NCBI GenBank assembly: GCA_013813355.1
Contig: JACCRT010000054.1
Location: 1-60,793, forward strand
Source of the DNA: Acidobacteriota bacterium
GTDB lineage: Bacteria; Acidobacteriota; Vicinamibacteria; Vicinamibacterales; 2-12-FULL-66-21
DNA length: 60,793 nucleotides
Reading direction: 5' to 3'
The notes beneath the pieces are model-generated. The model made no database searches. It was not told the DNA's origin and saw nothing but the letters and a program-made list of their open reading frames with translations. Shown one piece after another: positions 7,305 through 17,033 of the stretch. A program made the position numbers and the translations under genes. Numbering within the stretch: the first letter of the stretch is position 1; each line of letters opens with the position of its first letter.

Positions 7305-10190
7305 ATGGCGCACGACTGGATTGCGGTGCGCGGTGCACGCGTCCACAACCTCAGGAACATCGACGTCGACCTCCCGCGCGATCAGCTCATCGTGATCACC
7401 GGGCTGTCGGGCTCCGGCAAATCGTCACTCGCCTTCGACACGATCTACGCCGAGGGGCAGCGCCGCTACGTCGAGTCGCTGTCCTCGTACGCGCGCCAGT
7501 TCCTCGAGCAGATGGAAAAGCCCGACGTGGACCTCATCGAGGGCCTGTCGCCGGCGATCGCCATCGAGCAGAAGACGACGGGGTCCAACCCGCGTTCGAC
7601 CGTCGGGACCGTAACCGAAATCTACGATTACCTCCGGCTGCTCTTCGCCAACATCGGCGTACCGCACTGCCACCTCTGCGGGCGCGAAATCGCCTCCCAG
7701 TCGCTCGAGCGCATCGTCGACATGGTGATGCTGGCGCCGCACGACGAGCGCGTGAACGTGCTGGCCCCGATCGTCCGCGGCCGCAAAGGGGAGTTCAAGA
7801 AGGAACTGGCCGCGCTGCGGGCCCGCGGATTCACCAAGGTGCGCGTCGACGGGGACCTGCGATCTCTCGACGACGACATCAAGCTGGACCGACGGCGCAA
7901 CCACACCATCGAAGTCGTCGTGGACCGGCTGATCATCAAGCCGGGCATCCAACGCCGCCTGGCCGAGTCTGTCGAGATTGCGCTGAACCTGGCCGACGAC
8001 ATTGTCGTGATCAACACCTTCGATAGCGGGGATCGGCTTTTTTCGCGCCGCCTTGCCTGTACCGACTGCGGCGTCAGCATGCCCGAGATGACGCCGCGTG
8101 CCTTCTCGTTCAACTCGCCCCACGGTGCATGCCCCGAGTGCCAGGGGCTGGGCGCGGTCTACGACTTCGACCCCGCACGGCTGGTCCCCGACGAGTCACT
8201 GTCTCTACAGGGAGGGGCGATTGCGCCCTGGGCCAAGGGGGACCGGAAGCTGGTGCGCGAGGCGCTTGGGTCGCTGAGCCGGACGTTCGGGATAGATCTG
8301 GCCGTGCCGTTCCGCCGGCTGCCCAAAAAGATCCGGGACCTGCTGTTCTACGGGGCGGGCGGGACGGCGCGCAAGGTCGAACCGGCCGAGACGGGCAAGC
8401 GTAAAGCGCGCGAGAAGGCCGGGGATCCGTTCGGCGCCGGTTTCGAAGGGCTCATTCCCAATTTTCGCCGCCGCTACGAGGAAGGGTCCTGGCTCGAGCA
8501 GGAGAACCTGGAACCGTACCGCGCGCTGCGGCCGTGCCCGACCTGCGCTGGAGAGCGGCTAAAGGCGCAGAGCCGCTCGGTGCGCGTGAAGGGGCGCACC
8601 ATTTCGGAATTTGTGAACCTGCCGATTTCCGAGGCCGTCCGCCTGTTCGACGAGATTGAGCTCAGCGACCGCGAGGCGCTGATCGCCAGCCGCATCCTGC
8701 GCGAGATCCGTGACCGCCTGCACTTCCTCTACGACGTCGGGGTCGGGTACCTCGCGCTCGGGCGCAGCGCGGCCACCTTGTCAGGTGGCGAAGGGCAGCG
8801 CATCCGCCTCGCGACCCAGATCGGGTCGAACCTTACCGGGGTGCTCTACGTCCTCGATGAACCCTCCATCGGGCTGCACCAGCGTGACAACCGCGCGCTG
8901 CTGACCACCCTTGCGAGGCTGCGGGATCTCGGCAACACGGTGATCGTGGTCGAGCACGACGAGGAAACCATCCGCACGGCCGACTACGTGGTGGACCTGG
9001 GGCTCGGGGCTGGTGAGCACGGCGGCGAGGTCATCTTCCAGGGGACGCCGGCCGACCTGCTGAAGGGCGGCAACGGCTCGCTGACCGGCGCCTACCTGCG
9101 CGGCGAGCGCGCCATCCAGACACCGCGTTCGCGCCGGCCCGCCACACGAGGCCACCTCCTCATCAAGGGCGCGCGTGAGAACAACCTCAAAGACATCAAC
9201 GTCAAGCTCCCGCTCGGGGTGTTGACGACGGTGACGGGCGTAAGCGGATCGGGCAAGTCGACGCTGGTGAACGAGATCCTGTATCGTGCGCTCGCCCGGC
9301 AGCTCTATCGGGCGGCCGACGAGCCGGGGAGCCACTCGTCGATCGAGGGGATCGACCAGCTCGACAAGGTGATCCAGATCGACCAGTCGCCTATCGGGCG
9401 AACCCCGCGGTCAAACCCCGCCACCTACACCGGGCTGTTCACCTTCATCCGCGAACTGTTCGCGATGCTGCCAGACGCCAAGGCGCGCGGGTTCAAACCG
9501 GGGCGGTTCTCCTTCAACGTCAAAGGGGGCCGCTGCGAGGCCTGCCAGGGCGACGGCGTCATCGCGATCGAGATGCACTTCCTGCCGAACGTGTACGTGA
9601 CGTGCGAGCAGTGCAAGGGGCGGCGCTACAACCGTGAAACGCTGGAGATCAGGTATCGCGGCAAGTCGGTCGCGGACGTGCTGGAGCTGACGGTGGACCA
9701 GGCGCAGCCCCTGCTCGAGAACTTTCCGGCGATCGCGAACAAGCTGCGGACACTCCAGGATGTGGGGCTCGGCTATATCGAGCTGGGGCAGTCGGCCACG
9801 ACACTGAGCGGCGGGGAAGCCCAGCGCGTGAAGCTGTCGAAGGAGCTGTCTCGCCGGGGCACGGGCCGGACCCTCTACATCCTCGATGAGCCCACGACGG
9901 GGCTGCATTTCGAAGACACGCACAAACTGCTGGACGTACTCAACAAGCTGACCGACCAGGGCAACACCGTTGTGATCATCGAGCACAACCTCGACGTCAT
10001 CAAATCGGCCGACTACGTCATCGACCTCGGCCCCGAGGGTGGGGCGGGGGGTGGGCGGATCGTGGCGGAGGGGACTCCTGAAGATGTCGCAAGGAGCCGA
10101 GAATCCTTTACAGGGCAGTTTCTCGCCCGCCTGTTCGGCGGGCTGCCCGAACCGCAGCGGCGGCAACGTGAGAGGCGGCAATCGGCATGA
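7305..10190 (+). CDS. uvrA: Excinuclease ABC subunit A
   Basis: [28 protein letters not shown], two ABC cassettes, zinc fingers and [11 protein letters not shown]. Confidence 0.99.
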   Translation: MAHDWIAVRGARVHNLRNIDVDLPRDQLIVITGLSGSGKSSLAFDTIYAEGQRRYVESLSSYARQFLEQMEKPDVDLIEGLSPAIAIEQKTTGSNPRSTVGTVTEIYDYLRLLFANIGVPHCHLCGREIASQSLERIVDMVMLAPHDERVNVLAPIVRGRKGEFKKELAALRARGFTKVRVDGDLRSLDDDIKLDRRRNHTIEVVVDRLIIKPGIQRRLAESVEIALNLADDIVVINTFDSGDRLFSRRLACTDCGVSMPEMTPRAFSFNSPHGACPECQGLGAVYDFDPARLVPDESLSLQGGAIAPWAKGDRKLVREALGSLSRTFGIDLAVPFRRLPKKIRDLLFYGAGGTARKVEPAETGKRKAREKAGDPFGAGFEGLIPNFRRRYEEGSWLEQENLEPYRALRPCPTCAGERLKAQSRSVRVKGRTISEFVNLPISEAVRLFDEIELSDREALIASRILREIRDRLHFLYDVGVGYLALGRSAATLSGGEGQRIRLATQIGSNLTGVLYVLDEPSIGLHQRDNRALLTTLARLRDLGNTVIVVEHDEETIRTADYVVDLGLGAGEHGGEVIFQGTPADLLKGGNGSLTGAYLRGERAIQTPRSRRPATRGHLLIKGARENNLKDINVKLPLGVLTTVTGVSGSGKSTLVNEILYRALARQLYRAADEPGSHSSIEGIDQLDKVIQIDQSPIGRTPRSNPATYTGLFTFIRELFAMLPDAKARGFKPGRFSFNVKGGRCEACQGDGVIAIEMHFLPNVYVTCEQCKGRRYNRETLEIRYRGKSVADVLELTVDQAQPLLENFPAIANKLRTLQDVGLGYIELGQSATTLSGGEAQRVKLSKELSRRGTGRTLYILDEPTTGLHFEDTHKLLDVLNKLTDQGNTVVIIEHNLDVIKSADYVIDLGPEGGAGGGRIVAEGTPEDVARSRESFTGQFLARLFGGLPEPQRRQRERRQSA

Positions 10191-10346
10191 AGGAGGGCGG
10201 GACATGCGCCAATCGCTGAGAATCGCGTCCTGTGGGGCTGTGGTATGATGGCCACACTTCCGTCATTCTTCACTGTGGCTGCGCAGCCACAGGCGCCGTC
10301 CATTCCCGACCCTGCCTCTGTGTACTCCCACGCCAAACGTCAAGCC

Positions 10347-10402
10347 AGTCAACAGTTTACAAGGTGCTTTTCTGGCGATCTACGGCTGGCAGGGGCTTTG
10401 CT
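10347..10402 (+). promoter_or_regulatory. Sigma54 (-24/-12) promoter with an upstream IHF-like site, before lpxC
   Basis: CTGGCAGGGGCTTTGCT (10386-10402) fits GG-N10-GC. AGTCAACAGTTTA (10347-10359) resembles WATCAANNNNTTR. Confidence 0.65.
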
Positions 10403-10441
10403 GAGCTCGATGCGGCTTTCCCAGGCCCCATCAGAGAGGTC

Positions 10442-11359
10442 ATGAGCGCTCAGCGTACCCTTCGTCGCACTGTCTCTTGCAGCGGAATCGGTCTCCATTC
10501 CGGCAGCAAGGTCAATCTCTCACTCAAACCGGCTCCGGCTGATTACGGAATTCGGTTTCAACGTGCGGATTTAGGTGGTCTTGAGATCCCGGCCACCGTC
10601 CGACACCTCGGCGGTATCGACCAGTATCAGACCGGGCTCACCCGGGAAGCGGTATCGGTCGAAACGGTTGAACACCTGCTGGCGGCGTTGACGGCGCTCG
10701 GCATCGACAACCTGATTGTCGAGCTGAACTCGCCGGAGGTGCCGATCATGGACGGCAGCGCGGCGCCGTTCGTCTACCTGATCCTGAACGAGGCTGGCGT
10801 CAAGCGGCTGCAGGCCCCGCGGCGGTACCTGAAGGTTCTGCGCCCGATCTCCCTGACCCAGGGTGACAAGCGCATTGCGCTCTACCCGTCGGACCACTTC
10901 AAGGTCACCTACAGCATCAGCTTCGATCACCCGCTCCTGCGCCACCAGTCGCGCACGATGCGGATTACCGAAGAAAGCTTCGTTGAAGACATCGCGCCGG
11001 CGCGGACCTTCGGCTTCCTGAAGGAAGTCGAGATGCTGCGGCAGCGCGGCCTCGCGCTGGGCGGGTCGCTCGACAATGCCATCGTGCTCGGCGAAACTGG
11101 CGTGCTCAACAGCGCGCTCCGCTTCGAGGACGAATTCGTTCGTCACAAGATCCTGGACGTCATCGGCGATTTGTCGCTCGTCGGCTACCCGGTCGTCGGC
11201 CACCTCGTCGCCCATCGCGGCGGCCACGCGCTGCACACCGCGTTTGCCGCGAAGATTCTCGAAGAGACCGACGCCTGGCAGCTCGTCGAGTCGCCCGACA
11301 TGGGCATGGTCCCTGTCGGTGCCGCCCCGGTCAGAGCAGCCGCGCGCCAGCACGCGTAA
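10442..11359 (+). CDS. lpxC: UDP-3-O-acyl-N-acetylglucosamine deacetylase
   Basis: MSAQRTL...GIGLHSG, TVEHLL, EVPIMDGSA, ARTFGF and RHKILD. Start reassigned to ATG 10442. Confidence 0.97.
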   Translation: MSAQRTLRRTVSCSGIGLHSGSKVNLSLKPAPADYGIRFQRADLGGLEIPATVRHLGGIDQYQTGLTREAVSVETVEHLLAALTALGIDNLIVELNSPEVPIMDGSAAPFVYLILNEAGVKRLQAPRRYLKVLRPISLTQGDKRIALYPSDHFKVTYSISFDHPLLRHQSRTMRITEESFVEDIAPARTFGFLKEVEMLRQRGLALGGSLDNAIVLGETGVLNSALRFEDEFVRHKILDVIGDLSLVGYPVVGHLVAHRGGHALHTAFAAKILEETDAWQLVESPDMGMVPVGAAPVRAAARQHA

Positions 11360-11384
11360 GTACCACCTCTGTCCTCCTCCCTTG

Positions 11385-11416
11385 GGCCCGTCGCCGAAAG
11401 GCGGCGGGCCTTTTTT
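11385..11416 (+). terminator. Rho-independent terminator after lpxC
   Basis: GGCCCGTCGCC-GAAA-GGCGGCGGGCC followed by TTTTTT. Confidence 0.9.
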
Positions 11417-11491
11417 GTCGGGCGATGCCCTCTGTGGTCACACTGCACGCCCCACGGTTTGCGGGAGAAGGGGTTCCGATGTGGACCGGAC

Positions 11492-12856
11492 CTAGATCAC
11501 GATCAGCGTCTTGGTCGTCGTCGGGGACCCGCACGCCTCGAACCAGTCGATTCCCTCGCTGACGAGGTCGAACTTCAAGGCGTAGCGGCCGGGGATAGCG
11601 GGGGCGGTAATAGTGACGGGGACGCTGACGGCCGCGCCTGGCTGCAGGGTGTCGGGCAGCCAGGTGCGCTCGTAGTCGCGGTTGATGACCGTGCCGTCGG
11701 GTCCGCAGAGCTGGGCGCCCAGCCGCACGAGACGGCGGCCGTAGCTGGCCTGCGCCGGGAAAGGGCGTGTGGACGCATTCCTTATGCTCGCCCTGACGGT
11801 GGCCTTGCCTCCGCGCCTGGCGAGCACTGGCAGGCCAGGCAGGGGCCCCTGGACCGCGATCTCGGCCCGCGGCGTGGCTCCCGGGATGGCATTCCCCAGG
11901 TTGTTGGCGTCCCAGACCTGGTGCCGGATCGCCGACAGGGCCTCGGTGCCAGGCAGAAAGCGTCGCGAAAACATGTCCTCGGGGTGGTCGGTCAACTCCC
12001 AGCACAGCCGGTCCACGCCTATCTCGTCGGCCATCGCCTGCGCCAGGCTCATCTCGTCAGGGCTGTCGTTATGCGTGAAGAGGATGTAGCGCCAGTTGAT
12101 GAACGGCACATCCCGGCCCGCGGCTCGCTTCGCAGCGGCGGCAGCCCTGAGGTTTGCGATCGCCTTTCCGAAGTCCCCGCGCTGGCGGTATTTGGCGTAG
12201 GACCCGGGCGTCGCGCCGTCGATGGAAAAGGTGACTTCGTCGATCCCCGAGCAGACCAGGCGCCGCACCTGGTCGTGGTCCTTGAACGCGAGGCCGTTCG
12301 TGCTGGTGTAGAGATAGATGTGCGGGAAGTGCGTCTTGATGTACTCGCACATCTCGATCGCGCGCTTGTGCAGGAACGTCTCGCCGTAGTTGAAGAAGTC
12401 GACCCGCACGAGCGATGGCCCGGCTTCGTCGATGACCCGCCGAAACACCTCGAAGTCGAGCATGCCAGCCTGCCGGGTGCGCGTGATGCCGGTTTCGGGC
12501 GCGCAGCAGGCCTGGGCGCACGAGATGTTGCAGGCCGCCGTGCACTCGATGTAGAGCCGCGACGGAAGCCCTCCGACGTCCAGCCCGCGCTGCGGCGGCG
12601 CGTCCTCCTTTTTCAAGGGGAGCTTCAGCGGGCAGTCACCACAGAATCTGGATCCGCCGCCATTGATATCGCTGCGGAGCGACGATGCGGTGCTGCCGGT
12701 CCAGATGGCGGAGACAGTGTCGATCACGGCGTCGCCGAGCGGCCGCTTGCCGTATGGGTCCGCGCAGCCGCACACCATCCGGCCGTCGCAGAGCATGACC
12801 ATCGTGCTCCACGGCCAGGAACAGGTAAAACGAGTCGCGAGGTAGTTCAGCGACAC
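11492..12856 (-). CDS. Radical SAM protein with N-terminal SPASM/twitch-like domain and C-terminal Ig-like domain
   Basis: N-terminal CSWPW...DGRMVCGC...IWTG...CGDC. Core CTAACNISCAQACC, NYGETFLH, TSTNG and FSIDG. Beta-rich C-terminus (LPDTLQPG...PAIPGRY...DLV.EG..WF). Confidence 0.85.
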   Translation of the reverse strand: MSLNYLATRFTCSWPWSTMVMLCDGRMVCGCADPYGKRPLGDAVIDTVSAIWTGSTASSLRSDINGGGSRFCGDCPLKLPLKKEDAPPQRGLDVGGLPSRLYIECTAACNISCAQACCAPETGITRTRQAGMLDFEVFRRVIDEAGPSLVRVDFFNYGETFLHKRAIEMCEYIKTHFPHIYLYTSTNGLAFKDHDQVRRLVCSGIDEVTFSIDGATPGSYAKYRQRGDFGKAIANLRAAAAAKRAAGRDVPFINWRYILFTHNDSPDEMSLAQAMADEIGVDRLCWELTDHPEDMFSRRFLPGTEALSAIRHQVWDANNLGNAIPGATPRAEIAVQGPLPGLPVLARRGGKATVRASIRNASTRPFPAQASYGRRLVRLGAQLCGPDGTVINRDYERTWLPDTLQPGAAVSVPVTITAPAIPGRYALKFDLVSEGIDWFEACGSPTTTKTLIVI

Positions 12857-12873
12857 AGGTGACGGTGAGCCCG

Positions 12874-13155
12874 TTATCCCTTTTCTGTTTCGGTCTCTGA
12901 GAGCTTCTTCATGTACGCGCCGAGCCGTTCGTTCTCGTACGAGACCATGTTGAGGAACAGGCTTTCGGAGAGGTACTGCCGCCGCTCTTCGTCGCTCATC
13001 TGCTCGATGAGGTGCTGGATTTCGCGGTTCATGTCCTCGAACGTGCGCGCGAGCTCGTGCTTGGCCGTGAGCTCCATGTACAACGTCTCGAGCACTGTCA
13101 GGAGATCGCCGTCGAGCGTCACGCTGGATCCGTTCGTCAGGGTTATCGTGCGCAT
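12874..13155 (-). CDS. Small acidic helical hypothetical protein (93 aa)
   Basis: Its ATG overlaps the STAS stop (TGATG at 13157-13153). MRTITLTNGSSVTLDG...; coding-like composition. Confidence 0.75.
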   Translation of the reverse strand: MRTITLTNGSSVTLDGDLLTVLETLYMELTAKHELARTFEDMNREIQHLIEQMSDEERRQYLSESLFLNMVSYENERLGAYMKKLSETETEKG

Positions 13156-13499
13156 CACGACGCTCCGAAGCTTTTGACGGCGGTGGACTGGTCGGGGTGC
13201 ACTTCGATGAAATTCTGCGCCCCGGTCATGGTGAGCATGGTTTCGACGCGCTTCTGGACCCCGGCCAGCTTGAGCGCGCCGCCGGCGGCGGTCGCCTGCC
13301 GGTAGAGGTCCATCAGGCAGCCGATCGTGGCGCTGTCGACGTAGCCGACCGATGAGAGGTCCACCACGACCCGGCGCTCGCCTGCAGCGAGGAGCTGGGT
13401 CACGGCGGTCGAGAACTCCGACAGCAGCGGGTACATCAGCCGAGACTCGCCGACCCGCACGATGGCGACGCCGTCCGCATGTTCGGTACTGAGATTCAT
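13155..13499 (-). CDS. STAS domain protein (anti-sigma-factor antagonist family)
   Basis: VVVDLSSVGYVDSATIG motif, GGALKLAGV, 114 aa. ATGA overlap with the ECF sigma gene. Confidence 0.92.
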   Translation of the reverse strand: MNLSTEHADGVAIVRVGESRLMYPLLSEFSTAVTQLLAAGERRVVVDLSSVGYVDSATIGCLMDLYRQATAAGGALKLAGVQKRVETMLTMTGAQNFIEVHPDQSTAVKSFGAS

Positions 13500-14149
13500 T
13501 CAGATACTCCGGAACGCCGACCCCGGCGCCCGGCGGGCGCACCGCGCCTGCGGGGGAGGGCCGGTTGTTTGTGCTCCAGCCGCTTGAGCTGTTGCGCCAG
13601 CTCGATGCGGCCGCGGTTGATGCGCGACTTGACCGTCCCCTCCGGGAGGTCGAGGCGCGCGGCGATTTCCTGGTACGAGAGCTCCTGGAGATCGCGCAGG
13701 ATCACGGCCGTTCGCAGCGTGAGCGGCAGCGTCTGCAGCGCCTGGCGCAGCAGCTCGCGCAGGTCCTGGTGCTCCGCGAACGCGTACGGCCCGCGCTCCT
13801 TCGATGCCGGCTGCAGGTTCGACGCGTCGACGTCCCGCGCCATCGTCTGCCGCTCTTTCCGCACGCTCCGGTAGTGATCGATGCAGAGGTTACGGCTGAT
13901 GCTGATGATCCACGTCTGAAAGTTCGCGCGGCGATCGAACGTGTGCAGCGCCTTGAAGATCTTCAGAAAGATGTCCTGCGTCAGGTCTTCGGCTTCCTCG
14001 TGGCGGCCGACGAACTTGTACGCGACGTTGAACACCTTGCGCCAGTGCTGGCGCACGATGGCTTCCCACGCCGCCTGGTCGCCGCTGAGGCATTGGGCGA
14101 TCAGGGCATCTGACGTGACCGGACGGGCAGGGGGTGAATCAACGGACAT
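13496..14149 (-). CDS. ECF RNA polymerase sigma-70 factor
   Basis: Region 2 AEDLTQDIFLK...F.TWI..ISRNLCID, region 4 LSYQEIA..L.LPEGTVKSRINRGR. Confidence 0.95.
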   Translation of the reverse strand: MSVDSPPARPVTSDALIAQCLSGDQAAWEAIVRQHWRKVFNVAYKFVGRHEEAEDLTQDIFLKIFKALHTFDRRANFQTWIISISRNLCIDHYRSVRKERQTMARDVDASNLQPASKERGPYAFAEHQDLRELLRQALQTLPLTLRTAVILRDLQELSYQEIAARLDLPEGTVKSRINRGRIELAQQLKRLEHKQPALPRRRGAPAGRRGRRSGVSE

Positions 14150-14284
14150 GGCTGCAGAGTAACGGTGATGATATCACGTGCCACTTCCCCATGGCCCGGC
14201 CACAAAAGGCCCGGGGGAGGCGGCTGCTGCTCCAACCGGCCGCCGCGTCGAAAGGGCAATGGCGGATGATAGAATTCCTTTCAC

Positions 14285-15526
14285 GTGTCAGGTATCCAGC
14301 GAACCGGCGGCGCGCTCACGTGCGACGGCGTGCCCCTCTCCGACATTGCCGCGCGCGAAGGCACACCGCTCTACGTCTATAGCGCGTCCACCATTATCAG
14401 CCGCTACAGGGCGATTGACGAGGCCTTCGCCTCGCACCCGCACTCGCTGCACTACGCGCTGAAGGCCAACTCCACGCTGGCGGTCGCCAGGCTGCTGCGG
14501 AGCCTCGGCGCCGGCGCCGACGCGAACTCCGGCGGCGAAATCGACGTGGCGCTGCGCGCGGGCTTCATCCCTGACCAGATCGTCTTTACCGGCGTCGGAA
14601 AGACGGCGGGCGAACTGGCGCAGGCGATCGACCTCGGCGTCCGCACGATCAACGCCGAATCGGAAGGGGAACTCGAGCGCATCGATGCGCTGGCCCGGGC
14701 CCGGCAGACCCGTGCGCGCGTAGCCCTCAGGCTGAATCCCGACATCGACGCGAAGAGCCACCCGCACATCTCCACGGGGCTCAAGACGAACAAGTTCGGC
14801 ATCGGCCTCGACCACGTTCGTGGCATCTGTCAGCGGATGGCCGGCCGCGCGGGCCTCGAGATCGTCGGCCTGCACATGCACATCGGCTCGCAGATCACCG
14901 ATCTCGATCCCCTGGCCCGCGCCGCATCCGCCATCGTCCGGCTCGCGCGCGAGCTCGGCGACGACGGGATCGCGATCGATCACGTGGATCTCGGTGGCGG
15001 GCTGGGAATTTCGTACGACGGAAGCCCGGTGCCGAGTGCCGCCGACTACGCGGCCGCGCTCCTGCCCGTCGTCCGGGGCTCCGGCCTGCATCTGGTGCTC
15101 GAACCGGGACGCAACATCGTCGCGCCCGCCGGCGTTCTGCTCTCGCGCGTCGTCGACATCAAGGAACAGCCGGGCGGCAAACTGTTCGTGATCCTCGATG
15201 CCGGAATGACCGAGTTGATCCGGCCGATGCTCTACGGAGCGTTCCACCGGATCGAGCCGGTGGAGGCCGCCTCCGGGCCCGAGACCGTCTGCGATGTCGT
15301 CGGCCCGCTCTGCGAGAGCAGCGATACGCTCGGCAAGGATCGGCCGATGCCGCGCCCGGGGGTCGGCGACCTGATGGCCGTCCTCGACGCAGGCGCCTAC
15401 GGGGCCGTCATGGCCTCGAATTACAACCGCCGCCCGATGCCCGCCGAAGTGCTCGTCCAGGACGGCACGGCGAGGGTCATTCGCCGGCGGCAGACCATCG
15501 ACGATCTGCTCGCATTGGAGGCCTGA
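14285..15526 (+). CDS. lysA: Diaminopimelate decarboxylase
   Basis: GTPLYVYS, YALKAN (PLP Lys), HMHIGSQI, DLGGG, EPGR, GPLCESSD and GAYG..MASNYN. Confidence 0.97.
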   Translation: MSGIQRTGGALTCDGVPLSDIAAREGTPLYVYSASTIISRYRAIDEAFASHPHSLHYALKANSTLAVARLLRSLGAGADANSGGEIDVALRAGFIPDQIVFTGVGKTAGELAQAIDLGVRTINAESEGELERIDALARARQTRARVALRLNPDIDAKSHPHISTGLKTNKFGIGLDHVRGICQRMAGRAGLEIVGLHMHIGSQITDLDPLARAASAIVRLARELGDDGIAIDHVDLGGGLGISYDGSPVPSAADYAAALLPVVRGSGLHLVLEPGRNIVAPAGVLLSRVVDIKEQPGGKLFVILDAGMTELIRPMLYGAFHRIEPVEAASGPETVCDVVGPLCESSDTLGKDRPMPRPGVGDLMAVLDAGAYGAVMASNYNRRPMPAEVLVQDGTARVIRRRQTIDDLLALEA

Positions 15527-15534
15527 CACTGGGG

Positions 15535-15696
15535 TCTTACAGGAGATCAGGAGTTCATGAGATCACAAACATTCTGCTGGTCTTCTACGTAGGACTCAGC
15601 TGGTCCGGACGCCGAGTGCCCGGGTATATCAGAGAATCAAGCGTTCATAAGACAAGAAAAAAAAGAATTCTCTTGATCTCCTGATCTCCTGTAAGA
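15535..15696. repeat. 162-bp element with 28-bp inverted arms made of 8-nt tandem units
   Basis: TCTTACAGGAGATCAGGAGTTCATGAGA (15535-15562) versus TCTCTTGATCTCCTGATCTCCTGTAAGA (15669-15696): 26/28 complementary, with an AT-richer 106-bp interior. Confidence 0.85.
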
Positions 15697-15718
15697 AACA
15701 AGCCAGTGACGTTGAATC

Positions 15719-16312
15719 ATGCACGGACTCCTGATCGCGTTCGAGGGCCTCGACCAGAGCGGCAAGCAGACGCAGGCCGAGGCGCTGCGGGACCACGTGA
15801 CGTCGGCCGGGCGTGAGTGCCGGCTGCTGTCGTTTCCCGATTACGAGACGACCATCGGGGCCGAGATAGGGAAGGCGCTGCACGGCGAGCGCGAGTATGC
15901 GGCCGACGTGATGCAACTGCTCTACGTGGCCAACCGCTACGAGAGGCGGGCGCAGATCGAGCAGTGGCTTGCGAAGGGCGTGGTGATCGTGTGCGACCGC
16001 TACATGGCGTCGAGCATTGCGTACGGCGAGGCCCAGGGGCTCGACGCCGCGTGGCTCGGTGACGTCCAGCGATATCTTCCCCGACCGGCCCTCACGATTC
16101 TGCTGGACATCGCCCCGGACACCGCCGCCGGGCGGAAGTCGGCTGGCCGGGATCGGTACGAGCGGGATCTTGCGCTGCTCTCGCGCGTGCGCGAAAGCTA
16201 CCGGCGGCAAGCGGCCGCGGGCGGATGGCTGCGGCTCGACGGCGAGCGTCCGAAGGACGCGGTGGCGGCCGACGTCATCAGGACCGTCGCGACACGGCTT
16301 TTGCCGCCGTAA
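15719..16312 (+). CDS. tmk: Thymidylate kinase
   Basis: LIAFEGLDQSGKQTQ P-loop, VIVCDRY..SSIAY and P.LTILLD. Confidence 0.95.
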   Translation: MHGLLIAFEGLDQSGKQTQAEALRDHVTSAGRECRLLSFPDYETTIGAEIGKALHGEREYAADVMQLLYVANRYERRAQIEQWLAKGVVIVCDRYMASSIAYGEAQGLDAAWLGDVQRYLPRPALTILLDIAPDTAAGRKSAGRDRYERDLALLSRVRESYRRQAAAGGWLRLDGERPKDAVAADVIRTVATRLLPP

Positions 16313-17015
16313 GGCCGCGAACCTCGGCGGCCCCCGCTTCGAGCAGCGCCTGCGCGCACGCGTCCATCGTCGCACCCGTCGTGCTCACATCGTCGATCAG
16401 CACGACGACGAGCCCCTGCACGGCGACGCGCCGCCGGACGCAAAATGCGCCGCGGACGTTGGCGTGCCGCTGCGCCTCGGGCAGGTCCGCCTGTGCGGAC
16501 GTGCGGCGCACGCGCTTCAGCGCCGGCGCCCTCCGCACGCCGAGATGCCGGGCCAGTTCGTCCGCCTGGTTGAATCCGCGGGAATAGCGTCGCAACGGGT
16601 GGAGGGGCACCGGCACGCAGAGGTCGGCGCCGTCGAGCACCTCCGAGCCATGCCGGCGCATGGCGTCGGCGAGCGCGCGCGCCACCGATCGCCGCCCGTC
16701 GTACTTCAATGCGTGAACGATGGAACGCAGAGAGCCCTCATAGGCGCCGATGGCGCGGGTGCGCACGACATGGCTGGCGCGCCGGCGGCACCGTGCGCAA
16801 CGGGAATGCGCCAGGCTGATGATGCGCCACGACGGCAGCGGATCCCCGCACCTGTCACACATCGGCGGGGTAATGGGCGCCACCGCGGCCCAGCACGCAC
16901 CGCACACGGGACCCGCGGTGGGGTGATCGAGCGCCTGTTTGCACGCCGCGCAGGCGGGGGCGAGAAGGACGGCGAGGGCTCCGTCTGCGATGCGGCGGAA
17001 CCCTTCAGCCTTCAC
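16278..17015 (-). CDS. comF: ComF family protein (double zinc ribbon plus phosphoribosyltransferase domain)
   Basis: CxxC pairs, VPVPLH..R...RGFNQA, N.RGAF and LIDDVSTTGAT. Confidence 0.92.
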   Translation of the reverse strand: MKAEGFRRIADGALAVLLAPACAACKQALDHPTAGPVCGACWAAVAPITPPMCDRCGDPLPSWRIISLAHSRCARCRRRASHVVRTRAIGAYEGSLRSIVHALKYDGRRSVARALADAMRRHGSEVLDGADLCVPVPLHPLRRYSRGFNQADELARHLGVRRAPALKRVRRTSAQADLPEAQRHANVRGAFCVRRRVAVQGLVVVLIDDVSTTGATMDACAQALLEAGAAEVRGLTAAKAVSRRS

Positions 17016-17033
17016 CCTTCGGCCCTGCGCCTT

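Noticed and set aside
10232..10441. N-terminal extension of LpxC (likewise the longer ORF-track starts for rsfS, rpmA, dprA, xerC and hslV)
   Set aside because: Homology begins at downstream starts, and the extensions cover promoter DNA or overlap neighbouring genes.
14168..14184. Sigma54 promoter for the ECF-STAS operon (TGGCACG on the minus strand)
   Set aside because: The -24 element is perfect but there is no GC at -12. An extended -10 TGaTATCAT explains the site better.
14288..15529. Long antisense ORFs (also 5627-7168, 29792-31726, 38960-41503, 49648-51210, 52774-54324, 56011-57669)
   Set aside because: These are shadow frames of real genes, expected in high-GC DNA, and carry no recognisable motifs.
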